From: an uncultured Phycisphaerales bacterium
GTDB taxonomy: Bacteria > Planctomycetota > Phycisphaerae > Tepidisphaerales > Tepidisphaeraceae
Direction of reading: 5' to 3'
Length of the DNA stretch: 64,000 nucleotides
Assembly: GCA_963844715.1 (NCBI GenBank)
Contig: CAWJPJ010000007.1
Span: forward strand, 544,001-608,000
Shown in pieces: positions 44,064 to 56,446 of the stretch (its first letter is position 1; each line of letters begins with the position of its first letter). The notes beneath the pieces were generated by a model that was not told the origin of the DNA, did no database searches, and worked only from the letters and a program-made list of their open reading frames with translations. The position numbers and the translations under genes were made by a program.

Positions 44064-45215
44064 TCAAGGCGCTGGCGCCGTCGTGGCATGGGTCGACCGG
44101 CCGAACAATTCGATCGGCACGGCCAGCGGCGCTGGGTACACAGGAAAGTAATTTCCCGCCATGATGTTTGCCATCGGCGTTGCAACCTGAATGATCATGG
44201 CCGCCGCCAGCAGATGATTGGTGAAGAGCGGTCGCTGGCAGAAAAGCACCACGACGCCGATGAGCATCGCTGGAAACGCGTAAGAGGCCACGCGGCTTCG
44301 GTCGGCAACAAACATCGATGCCATTAAAACCGGCGCGATTCCCGCGACAAATGCCAGGAACATCCACCGGGAACGATACTTAAAAAGAAATGCCACCAGC
44401 GCGACGACCAGAATCCATCCCCCGCGCAATGCGAAATACCACGCCGGCCAGATCATGATGTTGTTGTCGCGCGGACTAACCAAGGCCGCCTTTCGATAAA
44501 CCGCGGGGTTGATCTGCGACGCATGGCGGATCGCCAGATAACCGATAAACCAGATCGCCGCCGCCCCTCCGATCCACGCCGCGCGGACGGTCGCCTCGCG
44601 TCGCCAATTGTCCGCTGGCGATCCTTTCTTCACCAGATGCCACAAGATCACAAGTGGCGCGACGGCGAGAATGCGTTCGTCCGCGAACATGCCGATTCCC
44701 ATGCACGCCGCCGAAATCGGCGCCGGCGAGGCCCCCATCGACAGCAGCAAAAAAAGACTCGCCATGCTGTCCTGGTAGCCCGGCCACGTCTGTGAGGTCA
44801 CACATGCCAGCGTGAGGCTCATCACGACCGCCGTTGCGAATGCCGTACTCGCGCGAGTTCTTTTCAATATCACAACGTAGGTAACGAGGCAGATGATCGG
44901 GTTCGCAAACCATGGCACCAGGACGCTGGTGCGTCCCCGCAAATGCAACCAATACGCGATCAATGGGCAGAGAATCCGATGCCGCAGCATCATCGAATTG
45001 CTGTTGATCTGCCCATGAAAAGGGTCGTAGCTCAGCGGCAGATATGCGTCCGTGAACCGATCGGTAATCGGGTTCGGCCGAAGGTCGCGGATCAGATCGC
45101 CCGGATAAGCCAAAAACAGCGATAAAAGCGTGATCGATCCGACAATGGCCAGCAGCGCAATCAAGCGGCCTCGGCGCGCTTCCATTCCCCCAATCCACGC
45201 CTCGATTTGATTCAT
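44064..45215 (-). CDS. Hypothetical multi-TM protein (possible GT-C-like glycan modifier)
   Basis: About 9 hydrophobic segments; HRILCPLIA and GYQD motifs after the first loop. Confidence 0.55.
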   Translation of the reverse strand: MNQIEAWIGGMEARRGRLIALLAIVGSITLLSLFLAYPGDLIRDLRPNPITDRFTDAYLPLSYDPFHGQINSNSMMLRHRILCPLIAYWLHLRGRTSVLVPWFANPIICLVTYVVILKRTRASTAFATAVVMSLTLACVTSQTWPGYQDSMASLFLLLSMGASPAPISAACMGIGMFADERILAVAPLVILWHLVKKGSPADNWRREATVRAAWIGGAAAIWFIGYLAIRHASQINPAVYRKAALVSPRDNNIMIWPAWYFALRGGWILVVALVAFLFKYRSRWMFLAFVAGIAPVLMASMFVADRSRVASYAFPAMLIGVVVLFCQRPLFTNHLLAAAMIIQVATPMANIMAGNYFPVYPAPLAVPIELFGRSTHATTAPAP

Positions 45216-45285
45216 AACCGGATTGTACGTCTTTTCGCCGCCCGCAAAAATTCTGCGCGTCTGCTGATCCGACCGGCGATGCCCG

Positions 45286-46428
45286 TCAGTTCTTCGTGGT
45301 GCTACCGCCGTCGATGATCAGATGAATGACCTCCGGGTCCTGGCCATATTGTGTGTGCGCCGAGAGGGGATTAACCCAGAATCCGCCCCCTTTAAAGAAC
45401 GGGATGTACCACGCGGTCTGCGTCACGTTGATCATCACGTTGCTGAAGGTCACGTGCTCAACCGTTTGGCGCGCCAGCGGCGAGATGGGATAGCTCAGAA
45501 AATCATTGGGGTCGCTGACCGCGATAAGGTAGAGCGGATTTTTTGTTTTCTGGAACCGCAAGTCGGCGAAGCGCTTCATGGTGTCGTAGCCGCTGGGGCG
45601 CGTGGTGGGCTGGCCGTCCTTGGCGGGCTCGATCTCGGTGAGCGTCAGCAGCGGAAGCTGATTGGCGAGCATGAAAAACGCATAGGTGTGCTGCGCGATA
45701 TCGGTGAACGCCTTGCGGTGCTGGCCGACCGTCGGCTGCGTTCCGGCGGCGCTGGCGTTGAGGGTCGGAATATCCAGGCAATCAAATAAAATCTTGCTCC
45801 CCAAACTCCAGGTGACGAAAAAATAGGCGTAATCCCCGTTGGTATCGCTCTTCAGGTCGCGATGCATGCAGACGAGCGCATCGCGCACGGCGTCTTGAAT
45901 GGCCGATTTATAAGTCCCCGCGTAAATGAGCGCATCTGCGGCCCGATTGTTGAAAAATATCTGTCGCGAGTCGTTCATTTGATGCAAACGCAGCGCCGTC
46001 ACGGTTTCGTCATTGTCATAACCAAGATATTCACTTTCCAGTTGTTGGGTTATCCCCTCCCAGGTGAGAACGTAAACCCGCAACTGCCGATTCCCGTCCC
46101 CGGCAAAATCCTGCCGCGTTAACGATCCCATCTCTCCCTTCGCGACCACCGGCGAAGCGCTCCCGCACGCCTTCAAGTTCAATTCCTTGCAGATCGCGTC
46201 GAGCAGCGGCTGGGGGTCCTTCTGCGGCGGCCACCCCGAATACCCGCCGATCCCGTGGACGAACAGCAATGCCACGATCGTGTTCGTCTTCATGGCGTCC
46301 CGAAGTCCGGGGAATCCCTGGTCGATCCTCTCATGGTGCACGTCCGTGCATCCCAGCAAGAACAGAACCAGAATTCCCGCACCCGCCGCCTTGATTCGCG
46401 GGCGCACCCATCCCTCAATTTGTGTCAT
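45286..46428 (-). CDS. Lipoprotein with alpha/beta-hydrolase-like motifs
   Basis: Lipobox LLGC, FVHGIG, nucleophile-elbow-like TWSLGS, DPNDFLSY, late AHTQY His. Confidence 0.55.
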   Translation of the reverse strand: MTQIEGWVRPRIKAAGAGILVLFLLGCTDVHHERIDQGFPGLRDAMKTNTIVALLFVHGIGGYSGWPPQKDPQPLLDAICKELNLKACGSASPVVAKGEMGSLTRQDFAGDGNRQLRVYVLTWEGITQQLESEYLGYDNDETVTALRLHQMNDSRQIFFNNRAADALIYAGTYKSAIQDAVRDALVCMHRDLKSDTNGDYAYFFVTWSLGSKILFDCLDIPTLNASAAGTQPTVGQHRKAFTDIAQHTYAFFMLANQLPLLTLTEIEPAKDGQPTTRPSGYDTMKRFADLRFQKTKNPLYLIAVSDPNDFLSYPISPLARQTVEHVTFSNVMINVTQTAWYIPFFKGGGFWVNPLSAHTQYGQDPEVIHLIIDGGSTTKN

Positions 46429-46447
46429 GGTTGAATTATACGTTGGG

Positions 46448-47278
46448 TCATTTCCCGCAGAAGTCCACCAGCCGCGCGATCTCGCTTCGCAAATCTTTCC
46501 GATGCACGACGAAGTCGACAAACCCTTTTTCTTCCAGAAACTCGCTGCGCTGAAATCCGTCGGGCAATTCGACTTTGATCGTATTCCATATCGTTCGCGG
46601 TCCGGCGAATCCGATCAGCGCCTTGGGTTCGGCAACGATAAAATCCCCAAGCATCGCGAAGCTCGCCGTCACGCCCCCGGTGGTCGGATCGGCCAGAAGA
46701 CTGATGAACAATCCCCCCGCATCGTCGTAACGCGCCAGCGCCGCCGACGTCTTGGCCATCTGCATCAGCGATAGCGTCGATTCCTGCATCCGCGCCCCTC
46801 CGGAGCAACTGACGATCACCAGCGGCAGCTTCTCCTCGGTTGCCGTTTCGATCGTGCGGGTGATCTTTTCCCCCACGACGCTCCCCATCGAGCCCATCAT
46901 GAACGTCGGATCCATGACCGCCATCATGATCGGCCGGCCCTTGATAAAGGCTTTTCCGCAGACGACGGCGTCGACTTCGCCGCTCTTTTCGCGTTCACTC
47001 TTCAGGCGGTCCTTATATGCCTTCTTGTCGACGAATTTTAGCGGGTCCGCCGGCTCAATATCTTCGAACATCTCCTCGAAGCTGCCCGGATCGGTGAGCT
47101 GCTCGATCCGCGTGCGGGCGGAAATTCGGAAGTGATATTGGCATTCCGGGCAGACGTGCAGCGCCTCTTCCACGACTTTGCGGAAGAGCATGGCGCTGCA
47201 TTCCCCGCAGCGCATCCAAAGCCCTTCGGGTACGCCTTCTTTTTTGGTTGCCGCGGAATCGTTCGGTGCCTGGGACAT
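46448..47278 (-). CDS. accD: Acetyl-CoA carboxylase carboxyltransferase beta subunit
   Basis: Zn finger CGEC...CPEC, GSMGSVVGEK, SGGARMQE, DPTTGGVTASFA, GFAGPR. Confidence 0.97.
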   Translation of the reverse strand: MSQAPNDSAATKKEGVPEGLWMRCGECSAMLFRKVVEEALHVCPECQYHFRISARTRIEQLTDPGSFEEMFEDIEPADPLKFVDKKAYKDRLKSEREKSGEVDAVVCGKAFIKGRPIMMAVMDPTFMMGSMGSVVGEKITRTIETATEEKLPLVIVSCSGGARMQESTLSLMQMAKTSAALARYDDAGGLFISLLADPTTGGVTASFAMLGDFIVAEPKALIGFAGPRTIWNTIKVELPDGFQRSEFLEEKGFVDFVVHRKDLRSEIARLVDFCGK

Positions 47279-47287
47279 ATTCGTTGG

Positions 47288-47869
47288 TTACGCCGCTTTG
47301 TGGTTCCTCGGGCCGACGTCCATGCTCGCCATCGCCTGCCGCTCGTGCAAGTGCCGCGCGATCTGATCGGGGGGCTCTCCAAGGATGACGCCCGCCGCGA
47401 TCTGCAACGCCATCGGCCGCAGCGATAGCGCCGCCGTCAAACCGCGATTTCGCTTTAGTATTCTCGCCAGCGCAGTCCCAATCCGTCCGATCACCGCCTC
47501 GACCGGCTCTCCCTCCGGCGGAGTCACCGACAACGGATTGGAAAACCACTGAGGGAACACCGTCGGGAACCGCAGTTTCAATTCCTCGCGCGTCAATCCC
47601 TCCCACAGGCCCATGTGCACTTCCTGCAGATCTTCGTTGTCGCGCGGACGAAGCTCGAATTTTTTCGCGACGATTTTCGCCACTTGATCGCACGCTTCAT
47701 TCGCCGCCGGCCGGTACACGCTTGCCACCGGTTCGCCCAGTGAATCAACCAGATGCCCGATCGCGTCGATCGCTTCGGCGGTCAGCGGCAGCGACATGCT
47801 TCCGGCGATGCGCCCCTCGGCATCCCAAGGCGTCGGCCCCGCCTCGATCAGCAATACCCGCGTACTCAT
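47288..47869 (-). CDS. Histidine-phosphatase-fold protein lacking the catalytic RHG
   Basis: LLIEAGPTPW...LPLT, LQEVHMGLWEGL and PPEGE follow the family layout, but RHG is replaced by EAG. Confidence 0.75.
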   Translation of the reverse strand: MSTRVLLIEAGPTPWDAEGRIAGSMSLPLTAEAIDAIGHLVDSLGEPVASVYRPAANEACDQVAKIVAKKFELRPRDNEDLQEVHMGLWEGLTREELKLRFPTVFPQWFSNPLSVTPPEGEPVEAVIGRIGTALARILKRNRGLTAALSLRPMALQIAAGVILGEPPDQIARHLHERQAMASMDVGPRNHKAA

Positions 47870-47964
47870 TGCCCAAATGAATAAGCCCAAGGGTCACTTC
47901 TGTAAAGGAAATATAGCGCCGCGCCTGTTGAACCTCAAAAATCAGACGTTAGAATGCCCCGCGA

Positions 47965-48150
47965 CTCACGAGCGGCTGTTCAAGCCCGTCCGGCGGTAAA
48001 CGCCGGGCGAACGGGAAGACGGTGAAATTCCGTCGCGGACGCGCCGCTGTAAAGGACACCATTTGCCTCGTCGGCAGTGAGCCACTGTTCCGCTTCACGC
48101 GGGATGGGAAGGCGCCGGAGAGAGTCCTGAGCCAGAAGACCGGCTCGTGG
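47965..48150 (+). ncRNA. Cobalamin (B12) riboswitch
   Basis: P1 CACGAGC/GCTCGTG. Core GGGAAGACGGTGAAATTCCGTCGCGGACGCGCCGCTGTAA, then GCCACTG, GGGAAGG and the B12 box GAGCCAGAAGACC. Confidence 0.93.
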
Positions 48151-48358
48151 GTTTGTGGATCGGGCGATTGTCGCCTGGTCAGATCGGCTTGGTCCTCGCG
48201 ATTCGGGACTGCCGGGCAAAGCACTCCACGAGCTTCCTCCCTGGCCGGCCATTGCGCCGCGCCCTGGCTCCTGCCCGTGCTGACGCCTTGGGCACCCCAA
48301 TCGCTGGATCAAGGTTTTTCAATTGTCAGCGCCGCGCGAATCGGCGCAGGAGAATTTC

Positions 48359-51364
<3,006 letters not shown>

Positions 51365-51588
51365 TCACGGGAGCTTGGCTCGCAAGGATTGCCAAAGTGA
51401 GTTCAAACGGCACTTTGGATGGTGGCAAACGAGTCGCAAATCTCGTTTCGCCCCAAGGGATGCTTGGATAGGCGCTGTTGTGCGATGGGTATCCATTGTG
51501 TTAATTGATAATGCCCGCCGTCTGGGGACGGCCGTCGCGGGCGAAAAGGATCCCGCGAGTTTCTTGCAGAAGAGCAGGCGGCATATCG

Positions 51589-52359
51589 ATGAACTCGCGA
51601 GAATGGCGAATTCAACTGGGGTACGGACACACCTTGAGTCGCGTGGATGACGGCCCGCGCAAGGGGCGTATTCCGCGCGAGGGGTATATTCGCAGTTGCG
51701 GCCTGTGCGTCGGCAATCTGACGAGCTTATGCAGCCAGGATCCGGAGTATCGCGCGGCGCAGGATCGTGTCCGACGGACGCGGGGGCATCGACGAACATA
51801 AGCTGATGAATATTTTCATGCTGATGACCTTTTTCATGTCCAACACCAAGGGTCATATTGTGGAATTCGGCTGCTACAAAGGGGGATCTGCGCTCTTCAT
51901 GGCGAAGCTGGCGGCCCGTTTTATGCCCGAAACGCGAGTTTATGCGTTTGATACCTTTGCCGGGATGCCCGAGACGGACAAAGCGGTGGACCTTCACAAG
52001 GCGGGAGATTTCAGTGATGTGAGTGTCGAAAGCGTGCGCGAACTTGCTCAATCGGCGGGACTGACCAACATCGAGTTTATTCCCGGGCAGTTTGAGGATA
52101 CGGCCCCCGATGCGCTGGCGCGGATCGGAAAGATCGCGCTGGCGCACATTGACTGCGACATTTATTCCGGCGTGCAATTTTCATACGATGCGTGCAAGCC
52201 CTACATGGTCCATGGCGGCTACGTCATTTTTGACGACCCGTTGGCCTCGACCTGTCTTGCGCGCTGGAGGCAGTGGAGGATTGCGTTATCATCCGCGACG
52301 GACTGCACGCGGAGCAAGCGTATCCTCACATGGTCTTCCGTTATCCGCCGATCAAGTAG
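51589..52359 (+). CDS. TylF/MycF-family O-methyltransferase; frameshifted
   Basis: GHIVEFGCYKGGS, FDTFAGMP, GQFEDT, AHIDCDIY, GGYVIFDD. Confidence 0.85.
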
Positions 52360-52491
52360 CTAATACTGATTCTTCCCCGGCCTTCACGAATGCTTGATGA
52401 AACAAAACGCTTGTAGAAGCCCGGCCAAGGCTACACCGTCGTGTGTCCGCTAGTTTGGGCACAGTTCCAGCCAACGGTAAACTCCTCAATC

Positions 52492-53311
52492 ATGGACCCC
52501 TACAACGTCGTCCTCATTCAGCCGGACGGCTATCCCCACGCCATGGCCTTGCGCGAAATCGCCCTGCTGCTTCACTATTCTCTTCAGTCGCTCGGGCTTC
52601 AGTCCAAAGCCACGATCAACATTCTCGATCCAGATGCGGTCAACGTCCTTGTCGGCTACCACGTCCTGCGAAAGCCCTCCATGCTGAAGGATCGGCGACT
52701 ACATCATTTATCAACTCGAACAGCTCGGCGACCGCCCGGAGTGGTTTGAACCCGAAATTGTGGACATGCTCAAAGGCGCGCAGGCCATTTGGGATTACAG
52801 CCTTGAGAATATCCAAGTCCTACGCGATCAGGGCTTGAGCAACCTCAAGCATCTCCCCATCGGCTTTCATCCGAATCTGCAAACCATCCCCAAGGCGGAA
52901 GAAGACGTCGATGTCCTTTTCTACGGCTCGATCAACGACCGCCGCGAAAAAATCCTCGCCGATTTGCGGCCCCGCTGCCGCGTCCAGGAACTGTTTCAAA
53001 TTTATGGCCCGGAACGAGACGCCTGGATCGCGCGATCGAAGATCATCCTCAATATTCACTTTTACGAGACGCGGATCATGGAGCAGGCCCGGCTGAGCTA
53101 CCTGCTGAATAACGGGCGATTTATCGTCAGCGAAGATTCCGCGGCCAATCCTTTTCAGGACATGATCGCCGCGGTTCCTTACGATCGCGTCGTCGAATCA
53201 TGTCTGATGTTTTTGCAGGATGCCGCGGCGCATCAAAGCCAGGCCCAGCGCGGCTTGGATCTTTTCCGCCGGCGGCCGATGACAGAGTACCTCCGTCCGC
53301 TTATTTCTTGA
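52492..53311 (+). CDS. Glycosyltransferase-like (CgeB/GT-B C-terminal type) protein; 1 frameshift
   Basis: IWDYS, DVDVLFYGSINDRR, RSKIILNIHFYE, RLSYLLNN. Confidence 0.65.
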
Positions 53312-53870
53312 GGAAATTCGCCAGCAGCTTCTCGCCCTGTTCCGTGAGGAAGCTCTCAGGGTGATATTGCACGCCCTCTAGGGGCCAGCGTTTGTGACGC
53401 ACGCCCATGATTTCGTCCGCTTCGGTCCAACTGCTTACCTCAAAATCATCCGGCAACGTCCCGTTTCGAATGATCAGGCTGTGATAACGCGTGGCCGTGA
53501 ACGGATTGGGCATGCCTGTGTAAATTGTCTTACCGTCGTGATGGATCGCATCGGTTTTTCCGTGCATTAATCGAGCGGCTCGTTCGACGATAGCGCCGCT
53601 GACATATCCGATGCACTGATGTCCAAGACAAACCCCGAGCACCGGAATCTTCGGGCCGAAATACTTGATGACATCGTTGCTGACTCCGCCTTCCTTCGGC
53701 GTGCACGGGCCAGGCGAAATCACGATGTGCGTCGGATGCAACGCTTCAATCTCCCCCACATTCACTTTGTCGTTGCGAAAAACCCGCATCTCATGATGTG
53801 GACCCACTTCCCCCAGCTTTTGCACCAGGTTGTAGGTGAACGAATCGTAATTATCGATCAATACCAGCAT
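53301..53870 (-). CDS. trpG: Anthranilate / aminodeoxychorismate synthase glutamine amidotransferase component (TrpG/PabA)
   Basis: IDNYDSFTYNL, ISPGP, GVCLGHQ, RYHSL, QYHPES. Confidence 0.93.
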   Translation of the reverse strand: MLVLIDNYDSFTYNLVQKLGEVGPHHEMRVFRNDKVNVGEIEALHPTHIVISPGPCTPKEGGVSNDVIKYFGPKIPVLGVCLGHQCIGYVSGAIVERAARLMHGKTDAIHHDGKTIYTGMPNPFTATRYHSLIIRNGTLPDDFEVSSWTEADEIMGVRHKRWPLEGVQYHPESFLTEQGEKLLANFLKK

Positions 53871-53998
53871 CACCGCTAAGCCTATTGCGCCTGCGCATAA
53901 AAGTAAAAAAACGCGGGAATCCGAGGCTCGCACGCGGACGGACTCATGGATTTCCCCAGCGGCATCCACTAAATTCGTCGCGGAAATAAGGAGTCTCG

Positions 53999-54579
53999 AT
54001 GCCCGCTCATTCCTCCGGCCGAAATCGCGCGTTCCTGGTCCTCGGCCCGGAGTCGGCGGGAAATCGGTTCATCACCGGTTACATGATCGCCGCGGGGTGT
54101 CGTGGCGACGCCGGGCACGACCAACGCCTCGATTTATGCCTCGAAAATCCGCAGGTTTTGAAGGATTTCGGCGAGCCGCTGGTATGGCGCCGCAGCCTTC
54201 CCTATCAAGCGGAGGAAAAACGCTGCTGGCCCGATCTGGAACAAATGTTGGCGCGACTTACGCGCTTCGGCTACCAGACGCGCGTGGTCGCCATTTTCGA
54301 AACCAATATTGCAATGTGCAGTCTGATGCGTTTGGTCCCGAGCATCACGTCGATACCGCAAAAGAAGCCGAATTAAACCTCTTCCGTAGCATGCGCCGAA
54401 TTTCCTCATTTATCCTCGAGAACCAAATCCCCGCCTATTTCCTCACTTATGAAAGCATGATTTTGTATCCTGACTTCTTCAACCACGCTTTGCAGCAATG
54501 GGGATTGAATCCGCCCGAAACGTGGAGCATCAAGGATGCTAACATGAAGTATCTCAATGGCTTACAGCAGGACCGATAA
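53999..54579 (+). CDS. Sulfotransferase-like P-loop protein; frameshifted near 54300
   Basis: LVLGPESAGNR resembles a PAPS-binding loop; later LTYESMIL and DANMKY. Confidence 0.45.
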
Positions 54580-54876
54580 GCGGGTCGCAACCCTGCGATT
54601 CGCCATGGCGCCCAGTTGCGGAAAAGTCAAAAAGTGCAAAAGCATAAATCGAAAAGTGCAATACAAAAGGCTTGGCGAACTTACCCCGTTGGGGTAAATA
54701 ACTTCCCAGAGAGTTGCGCCTGTACCGACGGCGTGACCACCGCTGAAGGCTGTCTTGTAGCGAGGTGGCTTCAAATGCGGGGCGGAGAGTCGGCTGGAGA
54801 GTCCTACCTGTCGTAAAAAGTCGCTGTTGCCCGTGGGTACACTACCCTTTGGCACAGCTAGCGAAGAGGAGAGAAC

Positions 54877-56223
54877 ATGAGCATTGTAGAGTCCGGGAAT
54901 CCCCGTCGTATTCGTCGTATTACCACTTTGGAAGGTATCGCTGGTGGCGCAATTGTCGCTGCTGCGGTGTTTGCGGCTGCGCCAAAGTTCGCGTCCGCTC
55001 AATCGATTCAAATGCAGGTGACGGGCGGCACCACGACCGACCCCACGGCTGCTGGCGCGCTGACTTGGTTCAATACCTCGAACTGGAATAATGCTGGTGT
55101 CACCGGAAGCCTTCCGGAAAGTGACACGGCCTCGCCAACCGCGCAGAACATTGCACCGGATAACGCCACGATGCCATCGGTGGGCTTGGTGTTTGATCCC
55201 GGCAACGATCCGAATACGCCGGGTGGGCCGAACGGTTCATATGTTGCGAATCTGGACGAGATTTCCGGCTCGACCTATGTCTCTTCGGTTGCCGGCACTT
55301 ATGCGGCTCCGGCAAAGCTCACGATTGAAAGTGGCACTCTTGTCATGGGCACAGTCACGGTTGGGCGCGACAGCACGGGGATCATTGCTCTCAACGGCGG
55401 AGCGTTCCTCACCGTCGGCTCGATCAAGATCCAAGGTACGAACAAGGTTGCCACGGCCATTGGCACCGGGACCTTCGAATATCACGGAGGAACTCTGGAC
55501 GCCGAACAAGGCATTCAGCTTGGCTCGGGCGCTTGCAGTACGGGTCTGACCAGGACATCTGCCGGTGTCGGTTACTTCACCGTCTATAGCGACGGGCCCG
55601 CTGGCGCGATTCTCAGCCAGAACGGATTCCAGTTTGCCACGAACACGAGCATGAAGGGCACGATCGGAATCGTCGAGTTCCACCTTGATACGAACTCTCG
55701 TAACCCCGGCACGACGCCCATCCAGGGCAACGTGAACCAGGGCAACGCCGAATCCGGTCAGGGTGTCCTGCACATCCAAAACAACACCAACGTTTCGTCG
55801 CGTCTTAACTTGGTGTTGGATGATTCGCCGGGAACGATTGTCGCGGCGGGCCCGGATGCGGGCTATGTGAACCTGGGCCTATTCGATGAAACCGTGATTG
55901 CGGGCTCCGGCACCTATCCGAAGGCGTTCTACTCGGTCGATGGCAGCACGGTCTTCACCCAAGGGGCCACAATTAGTGCGACCTTCGGGTCGAGCACCTA
56001 TAGCTGGACAATCAGCTACAGCGGCCAGATCAACTTCACGAATACGGCCACGTCGAGCTACACATCGGCCGACATCTCGGCGACGGGCGGCAACGACGTG
56101 GTGCTGATCGGCCTTACGCCGGTTCTCGTCCCTGAACCGACCAGCATGGCGCTTCTTGGTGGAGCGGGCGCGATGATTCTCGCTCGCCGCCGCCGGAAAG
56201 CCGACAAGGCCAAGCAGGCCTAA
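54877..56223 (+). CDS. PEP-CTERM surface protein, Gly/Thr/Ser-rich beta-repeat type
   Basis: GAGGAG RBS; signal peptide ending ASA; C-terminal VPEPTSMALLGGAGAMILARRRRK. Confidence 0.9.
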   Translation: MSIVESGNPRRIRRITTLEGIAGGAIVAAAVFAAAPKFASAQSIQMQVTGGTTTDPTAAGALTWFNTSNWNNAGVTGSLPESDTASPTAQNIAPDNATMPSVGLVFDPGNDPNTPGGPNGSYVANLDEISGSTYVSSVAGTYAAPAKLTIESGTLVMGTVTVGRDSTGIIALNGGAFLTVGSIKIQGTNKVATAIGTGTFEYHGGTLDAEQGIQLGSGACSTGLTRTSAGVGYFTVYSDGPAGAILSQNGFQFATNTSMKGTIGIVEFHLDTNSRNPGTTPIQGNVNQGNAESGQGVLHIQNNTNVSSRLNLVLDDSPGTIVAAGPDAGYVNLGLFDETVIAGSGTYPKAFYSVDGSTVFTQGATISATFGSSTYSWTISYSGQINFTNTATSSYTSADISATGGNDVVLIGLTPVLVPEPTSMALLGGAGAMILARRRRKADKAKQA

Positions 56224-56260
56224 TCGGCAGCGACAGGTTGGATTCCTCCAGACTCTAAGA

Positions 56261-56298
56261 TTCCCCCGGCCTTCGAAAAGCCGGGGGAGTTTCTTTTC
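56261..56298 (+). terminator. Rho-independent terminator
   Basis: Stem TCCCCCGGC/GCCGGGGGA followed by GTTTCTTTTC. Confidence 0.85.
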
Positions 56299-56446
56299 TG
56301 CCTCTAACCTCCATCCAAAACGCGACTAAGTTCGTTTGTGATGTAAAATCGAGTTCCCGGCGGCTCGGAATCGCGGCGGGTTCGTCGGCCTGCCGCGATA
56401 GTCGACGCTATCGGGAGGCGATGCGTTCCGCATGCCAGGGAGGCGA

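Noticed and set aside
51421..51452. c-di-GMP-I riboswitch suggested by GGCAAAC...CGCAAA
   Set aside because: Lacks the GAAA tetraloop stem and the downstream P2/receptor; it folds as a simple hairpin instead.
54849..54864. Sigma54 promoter (TGGCAC) before the PEP-CTERM gene
   Set aside because: GG-to-GC spacing is 8 nt rather than 10, and the site is too close to the RBS.
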